From Octopus vulgaris (taxonomy: Eukaryota): 64,000 nt of DNA. The DNA lies in NCBI GenBank assembly GCA_951406725.2, contig CATOCA020000001.1:5332001-5396000 (forward strand), in the 5' to 3' direction. A model generated the notes under the pieces. The model saw only the letters and a program-made list of their open reading frames with translations. It made no database searches and had not been told where the DNA came from. The stretch's first letter is position 1. Each line of letters starts with the position of its first letter. Below are positions 1 through 13,916 of this stretch, one piece after another. A program made the position numbers and the translations under genes.

Positions 1-202
1 TAGAAGAAAAGAAGAAGCAGAAGAAGAAGAAGAAGGAGAGGGAGAAGATAAAGAAGGAGAAGAAGAAGAAGAAGGAGAGGAAGAAGATAAAGAAGAAGAG
101 GAAAAAGAAGGACGAGGATGAGGAGCATGAGGAATGGTGGAGGAAGAAGAAGAAGAAGAAGAAGAAGAAGAAGGACGAGGAGGAGGAGCAGGAGGAATGG
201 TG

Positions 203-233
<31 letters not shown>

Positions 234-600
234 GAGATAAAGAAGAAGAGGAAAAAGAAGGACGAGGAGGAGGAGCATGAGGAATGGCGGAGGAAGAAGA
301 AGAAGAAGAAGAAGAAGGACGAGGAGGAGGAGCAGGAGGAATGGTGGAGGAAGAAGAAAAAGGAGAAGTGGAAGAAGAAGAAAAAGAAGGACGAGGAGGA
401 GGTGCAGGAGGAATGGCGGAAGAAGGAGAAGAAGAAGAAGAAGAAGAAGAAGAAGAAGAAGAAGAAAAAAGAATGACGAGGAGGAGGAGCAGGAGGAATG
501 GTGGAGGAAGAAGAAGAAGAAGAAGAAGAAGACGAAGAAGAAGAAAAGGAAGAAGAAGAAGAAATGAAGTGGAAATGAAGAGGAGAAGAATATGAAGAGA
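1..600. repeat. (GAA/GGA)n purine tract of a distinct subtype with ggaatggtggagg subrepeats
   Basis: Directly visible; internal pattern differs from the tracts between the other cassettes. Confidence 0.9.
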
Positions 601-1521
601 TAGATCGATAAATCTTGGGCGAGAAACATGGCTGAAAAATCAGGGAATATACGGAATCAGAAATCAACATATTCAAATGCACTCATACGCATTCTTATAT
701 TCATAGTATCAACGACGGAATGCGGTATGCACACTCACATCACACATATTCCCACTCACCCTTGGGGAAATATGGTGAGAGAGATTATTTATTTCATATC
801 GCTTCATTGTCACAAGAATATTAGAAAACACACGCTTACAAGAAATATATCAGCAGTTTAATTGTATCAGGCCAAATATTGCAGCTTACAAGTACAGTAA
901 GTATTTCAGGTTTACAGATAGAATGTATGTGACTATATTATTCGAATATATATTTTCCGCTTCCACTTCAGTTGCTCTATTACATAAATAACGTGAAGTG
1001 AATGACAAAATTCGAAGTTGAATGATAATATCGAAACACGAAGGAGAATATTGAAATAAGAAATGGAGGAGGATGCAAAATATAAAATAAAGGAATAATA
1101 TAGTCACATTTCACACAGAACTACACTTATATATGAACATACACATATACTTCAGCTAAAAATATTTGATGCAAACATGTAAACTCACAAACGTTACCAT
1201 TTCTAATACAAATTCATATTAAAATCATTGAAATTTGGGGAACAAAAATGAGTTATTGTGATGCGAATTGAAACAAAGCAACTACAATAAAGGAACATTA
1301 TATTTTTCCTATTATTTCAATTTCTCTCTCAAATTCTCTCTCTTTCTTTCACATTGTCTCGCTCTCTCATATTCTCTTTGTATCTTCCTAAATCGTGTTC
1401 ATTCTACAAATTTGAATTGATTTTGTTTAGTTCAGTCTGAAATATTATACAATTGTGAGCTTATATATCAGCATCAATTATTACTTTCGGAAAATAGTAT
1501 CAAGAAACTGAACGAACTTAC

Positions 1522-1593
1522 AATCCCTTTAAATTTGAAAGGCCCGTGAATGTACCTTCTGTGATGGTTGCAATGTTGTTCGCGTACAGATAT
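1522..1593 (-). CDS. LRR exon 10, 72 nt: (L)YLYANNIATITEGTFTGLSNLKG(L); the gene continues beyond the left edge of the window
   Basis: tattttactctttctttactgatatag|A acceptor, TT|gtaagt donor; no stop codon, LRRCT or TM exon seen in the window. Confidence 0.92.
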
Positions 1594-4351
1594 CTATATC
1601 AGTAAAGAAAGAGTAAAATAGATTATATGGAAAATATTTGTGATACAACATCAAACATTGTGACTTGAGAATGAAAGGAAGAAAAAGAAGAAAGATAACG
1701 AAGAAGAAAAGGAACAAGAAGAAGGAAGAGGAGGAGGCGAAGAAGAATTAGAAGAAGAAAGGAGAAGAGGTAGAAGAAAAAGAAGAGCAAGAAGGAATAG
1801 GAGGAAAAAGGAGGAGGAGGCTGATAAAAGGGAAGAAGATGTAGGAGAAAAAGTAAAAGAAGGAGAAGGAGGGGGAGGAGGAGGAGGAAGTGAATAACAA
1901 GAAGAAGATAAGAATAAGAAAGACGAGGAAGAGGAGGAGGAGAAGTAGATGAAGAAGTAGAAAGAAGAAAGGAGAAGAAGAAGAAGAAGAAGGAGAAGAA
2001 GGAGAAGAAGAAGAAGAAGAAAAAGAAAAAGACGAAAAAGAAAGATGATGAGGAGGGGGAGGGGAAGAAGAAGAATTGCAAGAAGAAGGAAGGGAAGAAC
2101 AAGAAGAAGACGTAGAAGAATTTGAAGCAGGGAAAAGAAGAAGAAGATGAAGAAGAAGAAGGAGGAGGAGGAGGGGGAGAAGGAGAAAGAGAATAACAAA
2201 AACAGAAGTTAAGAAGGAGAAGGAGGAGGAGGAGAAGATGTAGAAGAAGAAGAAGAAGAAGGAAGAGGAGGAAAAAGGAGGAGGAGTAGGAGTATGAAGG
2301 GGGAGAATAAGTAGGAGAAGATGAAAAAGAAGAAGAAGATGAAGGAGGAGGAGGAGGAGGAGGATGAGAATAACAAAAAGAAGAATATAAGAAGAAGAAA
2401 GAGGGGTAGGAGGAGAAGTAGATAAAGAAGTAGAAAGAAGAAGAAGAATATAAGAAGAAAAAAAAAGAAATAGAAGAATGAGAAGAAGAAAAGAAAAAGA
2501 AGGAGGAGGAGGAAAAGAGAAGAAGAAGAATTATAAGAAGAAGCAGAAGAGGAAGAAAAGGAGCAGGAATGGAAGGGAGGAAGAGAATTAGAAGAAGAAA
2601 GAGGAGGAGGAGGGGCGGAGAGGATTGGGTAGAAAAAAAGAAGATGAAATAAAGAAGTAGAAGAAGGAAGAGGAAAAAGGAGGAGGAAGGGTAGATGAAG
2701 AAGTTGAAAGTAGAAGAAGAAGAAGAGGAAGGAGAAGAAGAGGACGAAGAAGAAGAAGAAGAAAAAGAAGAAGAAAAAGAAGAAAAAAGAAAAAGGAGCA
2801 GGAGAGGAGGGGGAGGAAGAGAATTACAAGAAGAAATAGGAGGAGGAGGGGCGGAGTGGAGGGGAAGAGAATTTCAAGAAGAAAATGAAGAATAATAATA
2901 AGAAAAAAATTAGAAGAGGAAGGAGGAGGAGGGACCAGGAGGAGGAGGAGGACCAGGAGGAGGAGGAGGACCAGGAGGAGGAGGAGGACCAGGAGGAGGA
3001 GGAGGACCAGGAGGAGGAGGAGGACCAGGAGGAGGAGGAGGACCAGGAGGAGGAGGAGGACCAGGAGGAGGAGGAGAAGGAGGTGAAATAGAAGAAAAAG
3101 AAAAGAAGTGAAGAAGAAGAAGTAGATGAAGTAGAAGTGGAAGAAAGAAAAGAAGAAGAAGAAGAAGAAGAAGGAGGAGGAGGCAGAAGACGAAATGACA
3201 AAAAGATGATGAAAAAGGCAGAGAAGGAGAAGTAGAATAAGAAAAAGAACAAAAAGAAGAAGAAGAAGGAGAAGAAGAAGAAGAAGAAGAAGAAGAAGAA
3301 GAAGAAGAAGAAGAAGAAGAAGAAGAAGAAGAAGAAGAAGAAGAAGACGAAGAAGAAGACACATTGAAAATCATGGTGTTTAAGATGAAACTGAAAATAT
3401 TTTCGAAATATCAGGAAATAATTCAAGGATAGAATGAAAAATTTTGGGCGAAAAGACATGGCTGAAAAATCAGGGAATATACGGAATCAGAAATCAACAT
3501 ATTCAAATGCACTCATACGCATTCTTATATTCATAGTATCAACGACGGAATGCGGTATGCACACTCACATCACACATATTCCCACTCACCCTTGTGGAAA
3601 TATGGTGAGAGAGATTATTTATTTCATATCGCTTCATTGTCACAAGAATATTAGAAAACACACGCTTACAAGAAATATATCAGCAGTTTAATTGTATCAG
3701 GCCAAATATTCCAGCTTACAAGTACAGTAAGTATTTCAGGTTTACAGATAGAATGTATGTGACTATATTATTCGAATATATATTTTCCGCTTCCACTTCA
3801 GTTGCTCTATTACATAAATAACGGGAAGTGAATGACAAAATTCGAAGTTGAATGATAATATCGAAACACGAAGGAAAATATTGAAATAAGAAATGGAGGA
3901 GGATGCAAAATATAAAATAAAGGAATAATATAGTCACATTTCACACAGAACTACACTTATATATGAACATACACATATACTTCAGCTAAAAATATTTGAT
4001 GCAAACATGTAAACTCACAAAAGTTACCATTTCTAATACAAATTCAAATCAAAATCATTGAAATTTGGGGAACAAAAATGAGTTATTGAGATGCGAATTG
4101 AAACAAAGCAACTACAATAAAGGAACATTATATTTTTCCTATTATTTCACTTTCTCTCTCAAATTCTCTCTCTTTCTTTCACATTGTCTCGCTCTCTCCT
4201 ATTCTCTTTGTATCTTCCTAAATCGTGTTCATTCTACAAATTTGAATTGATTTTGTTTGGTTCAGTCTGAAATATTATACAATTGTGAGCTTATATATCA
4301 GCATCAATTATTACTTTCGGAAAATAGTATCAAGAAACTGAACGAACTTAC

Positions 4352-4423
4352 AATCCCTTTAAATTTGAAAGCCCCGTGAATGCTCCTTCTTTGATGGTTG
4401 CTATGTTGTTCTCGTTCAGAGAT
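4352..4423 (-). CDS. LRR exon 9, 72 nt: (L)SLNENNIATIKEGAFTGLSNLKG(L)
   Basis: Canonical AG/GT boundaries, 72 nt, LRR consensus. Confidence 0.92.
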
Positions 4424-5575
4424 CTATAGCAGTAAAGAAAGAGTAAAATAGATTATATGGAAAATATTTGTGATACAACATCAAACACTGTGACTTGAGA
4501 ATGAAAGGAAGAAAACGAAGAAAGATAACGAAGAAGAAAAGGAAGAAGAAGAAGGAAGAGGAGGAGGCGAAGAAGAATTAGAAGAAAGGAGAAGAGGTTG
4601 AAGAAAAAGAAGAGCAAGAAGGAATAGGAGGAAAAAGGAGGAGGAGGCTAAAAAAACGGAAGAAGATGTAGGAGAAATAGTAAAAGAAGAAGAAGGAGGG
4701 GAGGAGGAGGAGGAAGAGAATAACAAGAAGAAGAGGATAAGAATAAGAAAGACGAGGAAGAGGAGGAGGAGAAGTAGAAAGAAGAAAGGAGAAGAAGAAG
4801 AAGGAGAAGAAGAAGGAGAAGAAGAAGAAGAAAAAGAAGGAGGATAGGGAGGGGGAGGGGAAGAAGAAGAATTGCTAGAAGAAGGAAGGGAAGAACAAGA
4901 AGAAGAAGACGTAGAAGAAATTGAAGCAGGAAAAAGAAGAAGATGAAGAAGAAGAAGGAGGAGGAGGAGCAGGAGGAGAAGGAGAAAGAGAATAACAAAA
5001 ACAGAAGTTAAGAAGGAGAAGGAGGAGGAGGAGAAGATGTAGAAGAAGAAGGAGAAGAAGGAAGTGGAGGAAAAAGGAGGAGGAGGAGTAGGAGTATGAA
5101 GGGGGAGAATAAGTAGGAGAAGATGAAAAAGAAGAAGAAGATGATGGAGGAGGAGGAGGAGGATGAGAATAACAAAAAGAAGAATATAAGAAGAAGAAAG
5201 AGGGGTAGGAGGAGAAGTAGATAAAGAAGAAGAATATAAGAAGAAAAGACAAATAGAAGAATGAGAAGAAGAAAAGAAAAAGGAGGAGGAAAAGAAGAAG
5301 AAGAATTAGAAGAAGAAGCAGAAGAAGAAGAAAAGGAGCAGGAGTGGAAGGGAGGAGGAGAATTACAAGAAGAAAAATGAGGAGGAGGGGCGGAGAGGAT
5401 TGGGTAGAAAAAGAAGATGAAAAAAAGAAGTAGAAGAAGGAAGAGGAAAAAGGAGGAGGAAGATGATGATAGGGAAAAAGTAGGTGCAGAAGAAAAAGAA
5501 TAAGAATAAGAATAAGAAGAAGGAGGAGGAGGAAGGGTTGATGAAGAAGTTGAAAGTAGAAGAAGAAGAAGAAGA

Positions 5576-5610
<35 letters not shown>

Positions 5611-7240
5611 GAGAAGAAGAAGAAGAAGAAGACGAAGAAGAAGAATAAGAAGAAGAAGACGGAGAAGAAAAAGGAGAAAAAAGAAAAAGGAGCAGGAGAG
5701 GAGGGGGAGGAAGAGAATTACAAGAAGAAATAGGAGGAGGAAGGGCGGAGTGGATGGGGAAGAGAATTTAAAAAATATAATGAAGAATAATAATAAGAAA
5801 AAAATTAGAAGAGGAAGGAGGAGGACCAGGAGGAGGAAGAGGACCAGGAGGAGGAGGAGGACCAGGAGGAGGAGGAGGACCAGGAGGAGGAGGAGGACCA
5901 GGAGGAGGAGGAGGACCAGGAGGAGGAGGACCAGGAGGAGGAGGAGGAGGTGAAATAGAAGAAAAAGAAAAGTAGAGAAGAAGAAGAAGAAGAAGAAGTA
6001 GATGGAGTAGAAGTGGAAGAAAGAAAAGAAGAAGAAGAAGAAGAAGAAGAAGAAGAAGAAGAAGAAGAAGAAGAAGGAGGAGGAGGCAGAAGACGAAATG
6101 ACAAAAAGATGATGAAAAAAGCAGAGAAGGAGAAGTAGAATAAGAAAATGAACAAAAAGAAGAAGGAGAAGAAGAAGAAGGAAGAAGAAGAAGAAGAAGA
6201 AGAAGAAGAAGAAGAAGAAGAAGAAGAAGAAGAAGAAGAAGAAGAAGACACATTGAAAATCATGGTGTTTAAGATGAAACTGAAAATATTTTCGAAATAT
6301 CAGGAAATAATTCAAGGATAGAATGAAAAATTTTGGGCGAAAAGACATGGCTGAAAAATCAGGGAATATACGGAATCAGAAATCAACATATTCAAATGCA
6401 CTCATACGCATTCTTATATTCATAGTATCAACGACGGAATGCGGTATGCACACTCACATCACACATATTCCCACTCACCCTTATGGAAATATGGTGAGAG
6501 AGATTATTTATTTCATATCGCTTCATTGTCACAAGAATATTAGAAAACACACGCTTACAAGAAATATATCAGCAGTTTAATTGTATCAGGCCAAATATTC
6601 CAGCTTACAAGTACAGTAAGTATTTCAGGTTTACAGATAGAATGTATGTGACTATATTATTCGAATATATATTTTCCGCTTCCACTTCAGTTGCTCTATT
6701 ACATAAATAACGTGAAGTGAATGACAAAATTCGAAGTTGAATGATAATATCGAAACACGAAGGAGAATATTGAAATAAGAAATGGAGGAGGATGTAAAAT
6801 ATAAAATAAAGGAATAATATAGTCACATTTCACACAGAACTACACTTATATATGAACATACACATATACTTCAGCTAAAAATATTTGATGCAAACATGTA
6901 AACTCACAAACGTTACCATTTCTAATACAAATTCATATCAAAATCATTGAAATTTGGGGAACAAAAATGAGTTATTGAGATGCGAATTGAAACAAAGCAA
7001 CTACAATAAAGGAACATTATATTTTTCCTATTATTTCACTTTCTCTCTCAAATTCTCTCTCTTTCTTTCACATTGTCTCGCTCTCTCATATTCTCTTTGT
7101 ATCTTCCTAAATCGTGTTCATTCTACAAATTTGAATTAATTTTGTTTAGTTCAGTCTGAAATATTATACATTTGTGAGCTTATATATCAGCATCAATTAT
7201 TACTTTCGGAAAATAGTATCAAGAAACTGAACGAACTTAC

Positions 7241-7312
7241 AATGTGTTTAAATTTGAAAGCCCCGTAAATGCTCCTTCTTTGATGGTTGAAATGTTGTTC
7301 TTCCAAAGATTT
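7241..7312 (-). CDS. LRR exon 8, 72 nt: (L)NLWKNNISTIKEGAFTGLSNLNT(L)
   Basis: Canonical AG/GT boundaries, 72 nt, LRR consensus. Confidence 0.92.
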
Positions 7313-10056
7313 CTATAGCAGTAAAGAAAGAGTAAAATAGATTATATGGAAAATATTTGTGATACAACATCAAACACTGTGACTTGAGAATGAAAGGAAG
7401 AAAAAGAAGAAAGATAACGAAGAAGAAAAAGAAGAAGAAGGAAGAGGAGGAGGCGAAGAAGAATTAGAAGAAGAAAGGAGAAGAGGTAGAAAAAAAAGAA
7501 GAGCAAGAAGGAATAGGAGGAAAAAGGAGGAGGAGGCTGATAAAAGGGAAGATGTAGGAGAAAAAGTAAAAGAAGGAGAAGGAGGGGGAGGAGGAGGAGG
7601 AAGAGAATAACAAGAAGAAGAAGATAAGAATAAGAAAGACGAGGAAGAGGAGGAGGAGAAGTAGAAAGAAGAAAGGAGAAGAAGAAGAAGGAGAAGAAGA
7701 AGGAGAAGAAGAAGAAGAAGAAAAAGAAGGAGGATAGGGAGGGGGAGGGGAAGAAGAATTGCTAGAAGAAGGAAGGGAAGAAGAAGAAGAAGACGTAGAA
7801 GTAGTTGAAGCAGGAAAATGAAGAAGAAGATGAAGAAGAAGAAGGAGGAGGAGGAGGAGGAGAAAGAGAATAACAAAAACAGAAGTTAAGAAGGAAGGAG
7901 GAGGAGGCGGAGATGTAGAAGAAGAAGAAGAAGAAGAAGAAGAAGGAAGAGGAGGAAAAAGGAGGAGGAGGAGTATGAAGGGGGAGAATAAGTAGAAGAT
8001 GAAAAAGAAGGAGAAGAAGAAGATGAAGGAGGAGGAGGAGGAGAATAACAAAAAGAAGAATATAAGAAGAAAGAGGGGTAGGAGGAGAAGTAGATAGAAG
8101 TAGAAAGAAGAAGAAGAATATAAGAAGAAAAAAAGAAATAGAAGAATGAGAAGAAGAAAAGAAAAAGAAGGAGGAGGAGGAAAAGAAGAAGAAGAATTAG
8201 AAGAAGAAGCAGAAGAAGAAGAAAAGGAGCAGGCGTGGAAGGGAGGAGGAGAATTAAAGAAGAAAGAGGAGGAGGAGGGGCGGAGAGGATTGGGTAAAAA
8301 AAGAAGATGAAAAAAAGAAGTAGAAGAAGGAAGAGGAAAAAGGAGGAGGAAGAGGATGATAGGGAAAAAGTAGGTGTAGAAGAAAAAGAATAAGAATAAG
8401 AATAAGAAGAAGGAGGTGGAGGAGGAAGGGTTGATGAAGAAGTTGAAAGTAGAAGAAGAAGAAGAAGAAGAAGAAGAAGAAGAAGAAGAAGACGAAGAAG
8501 AAGAATAAGTAGAAGAAGACGGAGAAGAAAAAGAAAAAAGAAAAAGGAGCAGGAGAGGAGGGGGAGGAAGAGAATTACAAGAAGAAATAGGAGGAGGAGG
8601 GGCGGAGTGGATGGGGAAGAGAATTTAAAGAAGAAAATGAAGAATAATAATGAGAAAAAAATTAGAAGAGGAAGGAGGAGGAGGGACCAGGAGGAGGAGG
8701 AGGACCAGGAAGAGGAGTAGAACCAGGGGGAGAAGGAGGACCAGGAGGAGGAGGACCAGGAGGAGGAGGAGGAGGAGGTGAAATAGAAGAAAAAGAAAAG
8801 AAGAGAAGAAGAAGAAGAAGATGAAGTAGATGAAGTAGAAGTGGAAGAAAGAAAAGAAGAAGAAGAAGAAGAAGAAGGAGGAGGAGGCAGAAGACGAAAT
8901 GACAAAAAGATGATGAAAAAGGCAGAGAAGGAGAAGTAGAATAAGAAAAAGAACAAAAAGAAGAAGAAGGAGAAGAAGAAGAAGAAGAAGGAGAAGAAGA
9001 AGAAGAAGAAGAAGAAGAAGAAGAAGAAGAAGGAGAAGAAGAAGAAGAAGAAGAAGAAGAAGAAGACACATTGATAATCATAGTGTTTAAGATGAAACTG
9101 AAAATATTTTCGAAATATCAGGAAATAATTCAAGGATAGAATGAAAAATTTTGGGCGAAAAGACATGGCTGAAAAATCAGGGAATATACGGAATCAGAAA
9201 TCAACATATTCAAATGCACTCATACGCATTCTTATATTCATAGTATCAACGACGGAATGCGGTATGCACACTCACATCACACATATTCCCACTCACCCTT
9301 GTGGACAAATGGTGAGAGAGATTATTTATTTCATATCGCTTCATTGTCACAAGAATATTAGAAAAAACACGCTTACAAGAAATATATCAGCAGTTTAATT
9401 GTATCAGGCCAAATATTCCAGCTTACAAGTACAGTAAGTATTTCAGGTTTACAGATAGAATGTATGTGACTATATTATTCGAATATATATTTTCCGCTTC
9501 CACTTCAGTTGCTCTATTACATAAATAACGTGAAGTGAATGACAAAATTCGAAGTTGAATGATAATATCGAAACACGAAGGAGAATATTGAAATAAGAAA
9601 TGGAGGAGGATGCAAAATATAAAATAAAGGAATAATATAGTCACATTTCACACAGAACTACACTTATATATGAACATACACATATACTTCAGCTAAAAAT
9701 ATTTGATGCAAACATGTAAACTCACAAACGTTACCATTTCTAATACAAATTCATATCAAAATCATTGAAATTTGGGGAACAAAAGAGTTATTGAGATGCG
9801 AATTGAAACAAAGCAACTACAATAAAGGAACATTATATTTTTCCTATTATTTCACTTTCTCTCTCAAATTCTCTCTCTTTCTTTCACATTGTCTCGCTCT
9901 CTCATATTCTCTTTGTATATTCCTAAATCGTGTTCATTCTACAAATTTGAATTGATTTTGTTTGGTTCAGTCTAAAATTTTATACATTTGTGAGCTTATA
10001 TATCAGCATCAATTATTACTTTCGGATAATAGTATCAAGAAACTGAACGAACTTAC

Positions 10057-10128
10057 AATTCTTTTAAATTTGAAAGCCCCGTGAATGCACCTTCTTTGAT
10101 GGTTGCAATGTTGTTCCATTGCAGAAAT
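10057..10128 (-). CDS. LRR exon 7, 72 nt: (L)FLQWNNIATIKEGAFTGLSNLKE(L)
   Basis: Canonical AG/GT boundaries, 72 nt, LRR consensus. Confidence 0.92.
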
Positions 10129-12575
10129 CTATAGCAGTAAAGAAAGAGTAAAATAGATTATATGGAAAATATATGTGTTACGACATCAAACGCTGTGACT
10201 TCAGAATGAAAGGAAGAAAAAGAAGAAAGATAACGAAGAAGAAAAGGAAGAATAAGAAGGAGGAGGAGGAGAAGAAGAAGAAAAAGAAGAAGAAGAATTA
10301 GTAGAAGAAGAAAGGAGAAGAAGGAGAAGAAAAAGAAGGGGAAGAAGTAATAGGAGGAAAAAGGAGGAGGAGGATGGTAAAAGGGAGGAAGTAGTAGCGG
10401 AAAAAGTAAAAGAAGAAGAAGGAGGAGGAGGAGGAGGAGGAGGATGACAAGTAAATGAAGAAGTAGAAAGAAGAAGAAGAAGAAGAAGAAGAAGGAAGAG
10501 GAGGAAAAAGGAGGAGGAGGTGAATGATGGGGAAGAATAAGTAGGAGAAGATGAAAAAGAAGAAGAAGTTGAAGGAGGAGGAGGATGAGAATAACAAAAA
10601 GAAGAATATAAGAAGAAGAAAGAGGAGTAGGAGGAGAAGTAAATGTTGAAGTAGAAAGTAGTAGAAGAAGCAGAAGAAGAAGGAGAAGAAGTATAAGAAG
10701 AAAAATAGAGTAGAAAAATGAGAAGAAGAAAAGAAAAAGGAGAAGGAGGAAAAGAAGAAGAAGAAGAATTAGAAGAAGACGCAGAAGAAGAAGAAAAAGA
10801 TGCGGGAGAGGAGGGGGAGGAGGAGAATTACAAGAAAAAAGGAGTAGGAAGGGCGGAGAGGATTGGGAAGAAAGAAAGAAGAGGAAAAAAGAAGTAGAAG
10901 AGGAAGAGGAAAAAGGAGGAGGAAGCAATGGAAAAGTAGGAGTAGAAGAAAAAGAAGAAGAATAAGGAGGAGGAGGAGGAGGAGGAGTAGTTGAAAAAGT
11001 TGAAAGTAGAAGAGGATGTAGGAGAAGAAGAAGAAGAAATAAGTAGAAGCGATAGAAGATGAAAAAGAATAAGGAGAAGGAGAAGCGATAGAAGAAGAAG
11101 AAGAAGAAGAAGAAGAAGAAGGAGAAGAAGAAGAAGAAGAAGAAGAAGAAGAAGGAGAAGAAGAAGAAGAAGAAGAAGACGAAGAAGAAGAAGAAGAAGA
11201 AGAAGAAGAAGAAGAAAATGAAAAACGAGCAGGAGAGGAGGGGAGGAGGAGAATTACAAGAAGAAAATGAGGAGGAGGGGCGGAGGAGGGGAAGAGAATT
11301 TAAAGAAGAAAATGAAGAATAATAAGAAGAAAGAAATTAGAAGAGGAAGAAGGAGTAGGAGTTGTAGAAGAAGAAGAAAAAGAAAAGAAGAGAAGAAGAA
11401 GAAGAAGAAGAAGAAGGAAAAGAAGAAAAAGAAGAGAAGAAAATGAAGGAGGAGAAGGAGCAGCAGGAGGAGATGAAGAGGAAGAAGAAGAAGTAGAGGA
11501 AGAAGAAGAAGAAGAAGGAGGAGAAGGAGAAGAAGAAGAAGAAGAAGAAGAGGGAGGAGGAGAAGAAGAAGAAGACGAAGAAGATACATTGAAAATTATG
11601 GCGTTCAAGATGAAACTGAAAATGTTCTTAAAATATCAGGAAATAATTCAAGGATAGATCGATAAATTTTGGGCGAGAAGACATGGCTGAAAAATCAGGG
11701 AATATACGGAATCAGAAATCAACATATTCAAATGCACTCATACGCATTCTTATATTCATAGTATCAACGACGGAATGCGGTATGCACACTCACATCACAC
11801 ATATTCCCACTCACCCTTGTGGAAATATGGTGAGAGAGATTATTTATTTCATATCGCTTCATTGTCACAAGAATATTAGAAAACACACGCTTACAAGAAA
11901 TATATCAGCAGTTTAATTGTATCAGGCCAAATATTCCAGCTTACAAGTACAGTAAGTATTTCAGGTTTACAGATAGAATGTATGTGACTATATTATTCGA
12001 ATATATATTTCCGCTTCCACTTCAGTTGCTCTATTACATAAATAACGTGAAGTGAATGACAAAATTCGAAGTTGAATGATAATATCGAAACACGAAGGAG
12101 AATATTGAAATAAGAAATGGAGGAGGATGCAAAATATAAAATAAAGGAATAATATAGTCACATTTCACACAGAACTACACTTATATATGAACATACACAT
12201 ATACTTCAGCTAAAAATATTTGATGCAAACATGTAAACTCACAAACGTTACCATTTCTAATACAAATTCATATCAAAATCATTGAAATTTGTGGAACAAA
12301 ACTGAGTTATTGAGATGCGAATTGAAACAAAGCAACTACAATAAAGGAACGTTATATTTTTCCTATTATTTCATTTTCTCTCTCAAATTCTCTCTCTTTC
12401 TTTCACATTGTCTCGCTCTCTCATATTCTCTTTGTATATTCCTAAATCGTGTTCGATCCTCAAATTTGAATTAATTTTGTTTCGTTCAGTCTGAAATTTT
12501 ATACATTTGTGAGCTTATATATCAGCATCAATTATTACTTTCGGATAATAGTATCAAGAAACTGAACGAACTTAC

Positions 12576-12647
12576 AATCTGTTTAAATTTGAAAGCCCCG
12601 TGAATGCTCCTTCTTTGATTGTTGCAATGTTGTTCTCGTTCAGAGCT
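12576..12647 (-). CDS. LRR exon 6, 72 nt: (L)ALNENNIATIKEGAFTGLSNLNR(L)
   Basis: Canonical AG/GT boundaries, 72 nt, LRR consensus. Confidence 0.92.
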
Positions 12648-13884
12648 CTATAGCAGTAAAGAAAGAGTAAAATAGATTATATGGAAAATATTTGTGATAC
12701 AACATCAAACACTGTGACTTGAGAATGAAAGGAAGAAAAAGAAGAAAGATAACGAAGAAGAAAAGGAAGAAGAAGAAGGAAGAGGAGGGGCGAAGAAGAA
12801 TTAGAAGAAGAAAGGAGAAGAGGTAGAAGAAAAGGAAGAAGAAGAAGGAAGAGGAGGGGCGAAGAAGAATTAGAAGAAGAAAGGAGAAGAGGTAGAAGAA
12901 AAAGAAGAGCAAGAAGGAATAGGAGGAAAAAGGAGGAGGAGGCTGATAAAAGGGAAGAAGATGAAGGAGAAAAAGTAAAAGAAGGAGAAGGAGGGGGAGG
13001 AGGAGGAAGACAATAACAAGAAGAAGAAGATAAGAATAAGAAAGACGAGGAAGAAGAGGAGGAGTAGTAGATGAAGAAGTAGAAAGAAGAAAGGAGAAGA
13101 AGAAGAAGAAGAAGGAGAAGAAGAAGAAGAAGAACAAGACGAAAAAAAAGGAGGATGAGGAGGGGGAGGGGAAGAAGAAGAATTGCAAGAAGAAGGAAGG
13201 GAAGAAGAAGAAAAAGAAGACGTAGAAGAAGCTGAAGCAGGAAAAAGAAGAAGAAGATGAAGAAGAAGAAGGAGGAGGAGGAGGAGGAGGAGAAGGAGAA
13301 AGAGAATAACAAAAACAGAAGTTAAGAAGGAGAAGAAGGAGGAGGAGAAGATGTAGAAGAAGAAGAAGAAGAAGGAAGAGGAGGAAAAAGGAGGAGGAGG
13401 AGGAGTAAGAAGGGGAGAATAAGTAGGAGAAGATGAAAAAGAAGAAGAAGATGAAGGAGGAGGAGGAGGAGGATGAGAATAAAAAAAGAAGAATATAAGA
13501 AGAAAGAGGGGTAGGAGGAGAAGTAGATGTAGAAGTAGAAAGAAGAAGAAGAATATAAGAAGAAAAAAAAGAAATAGAAGAATGAGAAGAAGAAAAGAAA
13601 AAGAAGGAGGAGGAGGAAAAGAAGAAGAAGAAGCAGAAGTAGAAGAATAGGAGCAGGAGTGGAAGGGAGGAGGAGAATTACAAGAAGAAAAAGGAGGAGG
13701 AGGGGCGGAGAGGATTGGGTAGAAAAAAAGAAGATGAAAAAAAGAAGTAGAAGAAGGAAGAGGAAAAAGGAGGAGGAAGAGGATGATAGGGAAAAAGTAG
13801 GAGTAGAAGAAAAAGAATAAGAATAAGAATAAGAAGAAGGAGGAGGAGGAGGAAGGGTAGATGAAGAAGTTGAAAGTAGAAGAA

Positions 13885-13916
<32 letters not shown>

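Noticed and set aside
628-861. Recurring 77-85 aa ORF MAEKSGNIRNQK... and 61-aa ORF MGNKNELLRC... in each unit
   Set aside because: No domain similarity; recurrence simply reflects near-identical intron copies; the 61-aa ORF is broken in some units (near 1260 and 9780)
886-960. LRR-looking peptide NIYSNNIVTYILSVNLKYLLYL ending at TT|GTAAGC in each unit, a possible second exon
   Set aside because: No AG acceptor in the right phase, no pyrimidine tract, two codons short of the 24-aa repeat, almost invariant between units, and overlapping the inverted-repeat arm. At most a dead ancestral exon.
4463-4492. RAG RSS-like heptamer CACAGTG (minus strand) with nonamer-like ACAAATATT near most LRR exons
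   Set aside because: Spacer is 14 bp rather than 12 or 23, the nonamer matches only 6 of 9, the heptamer is mutated in three units (cattgtg, cgctgtg, cactttg), it is not adjacent to the exon and points the wrong way, and no partner signal was found
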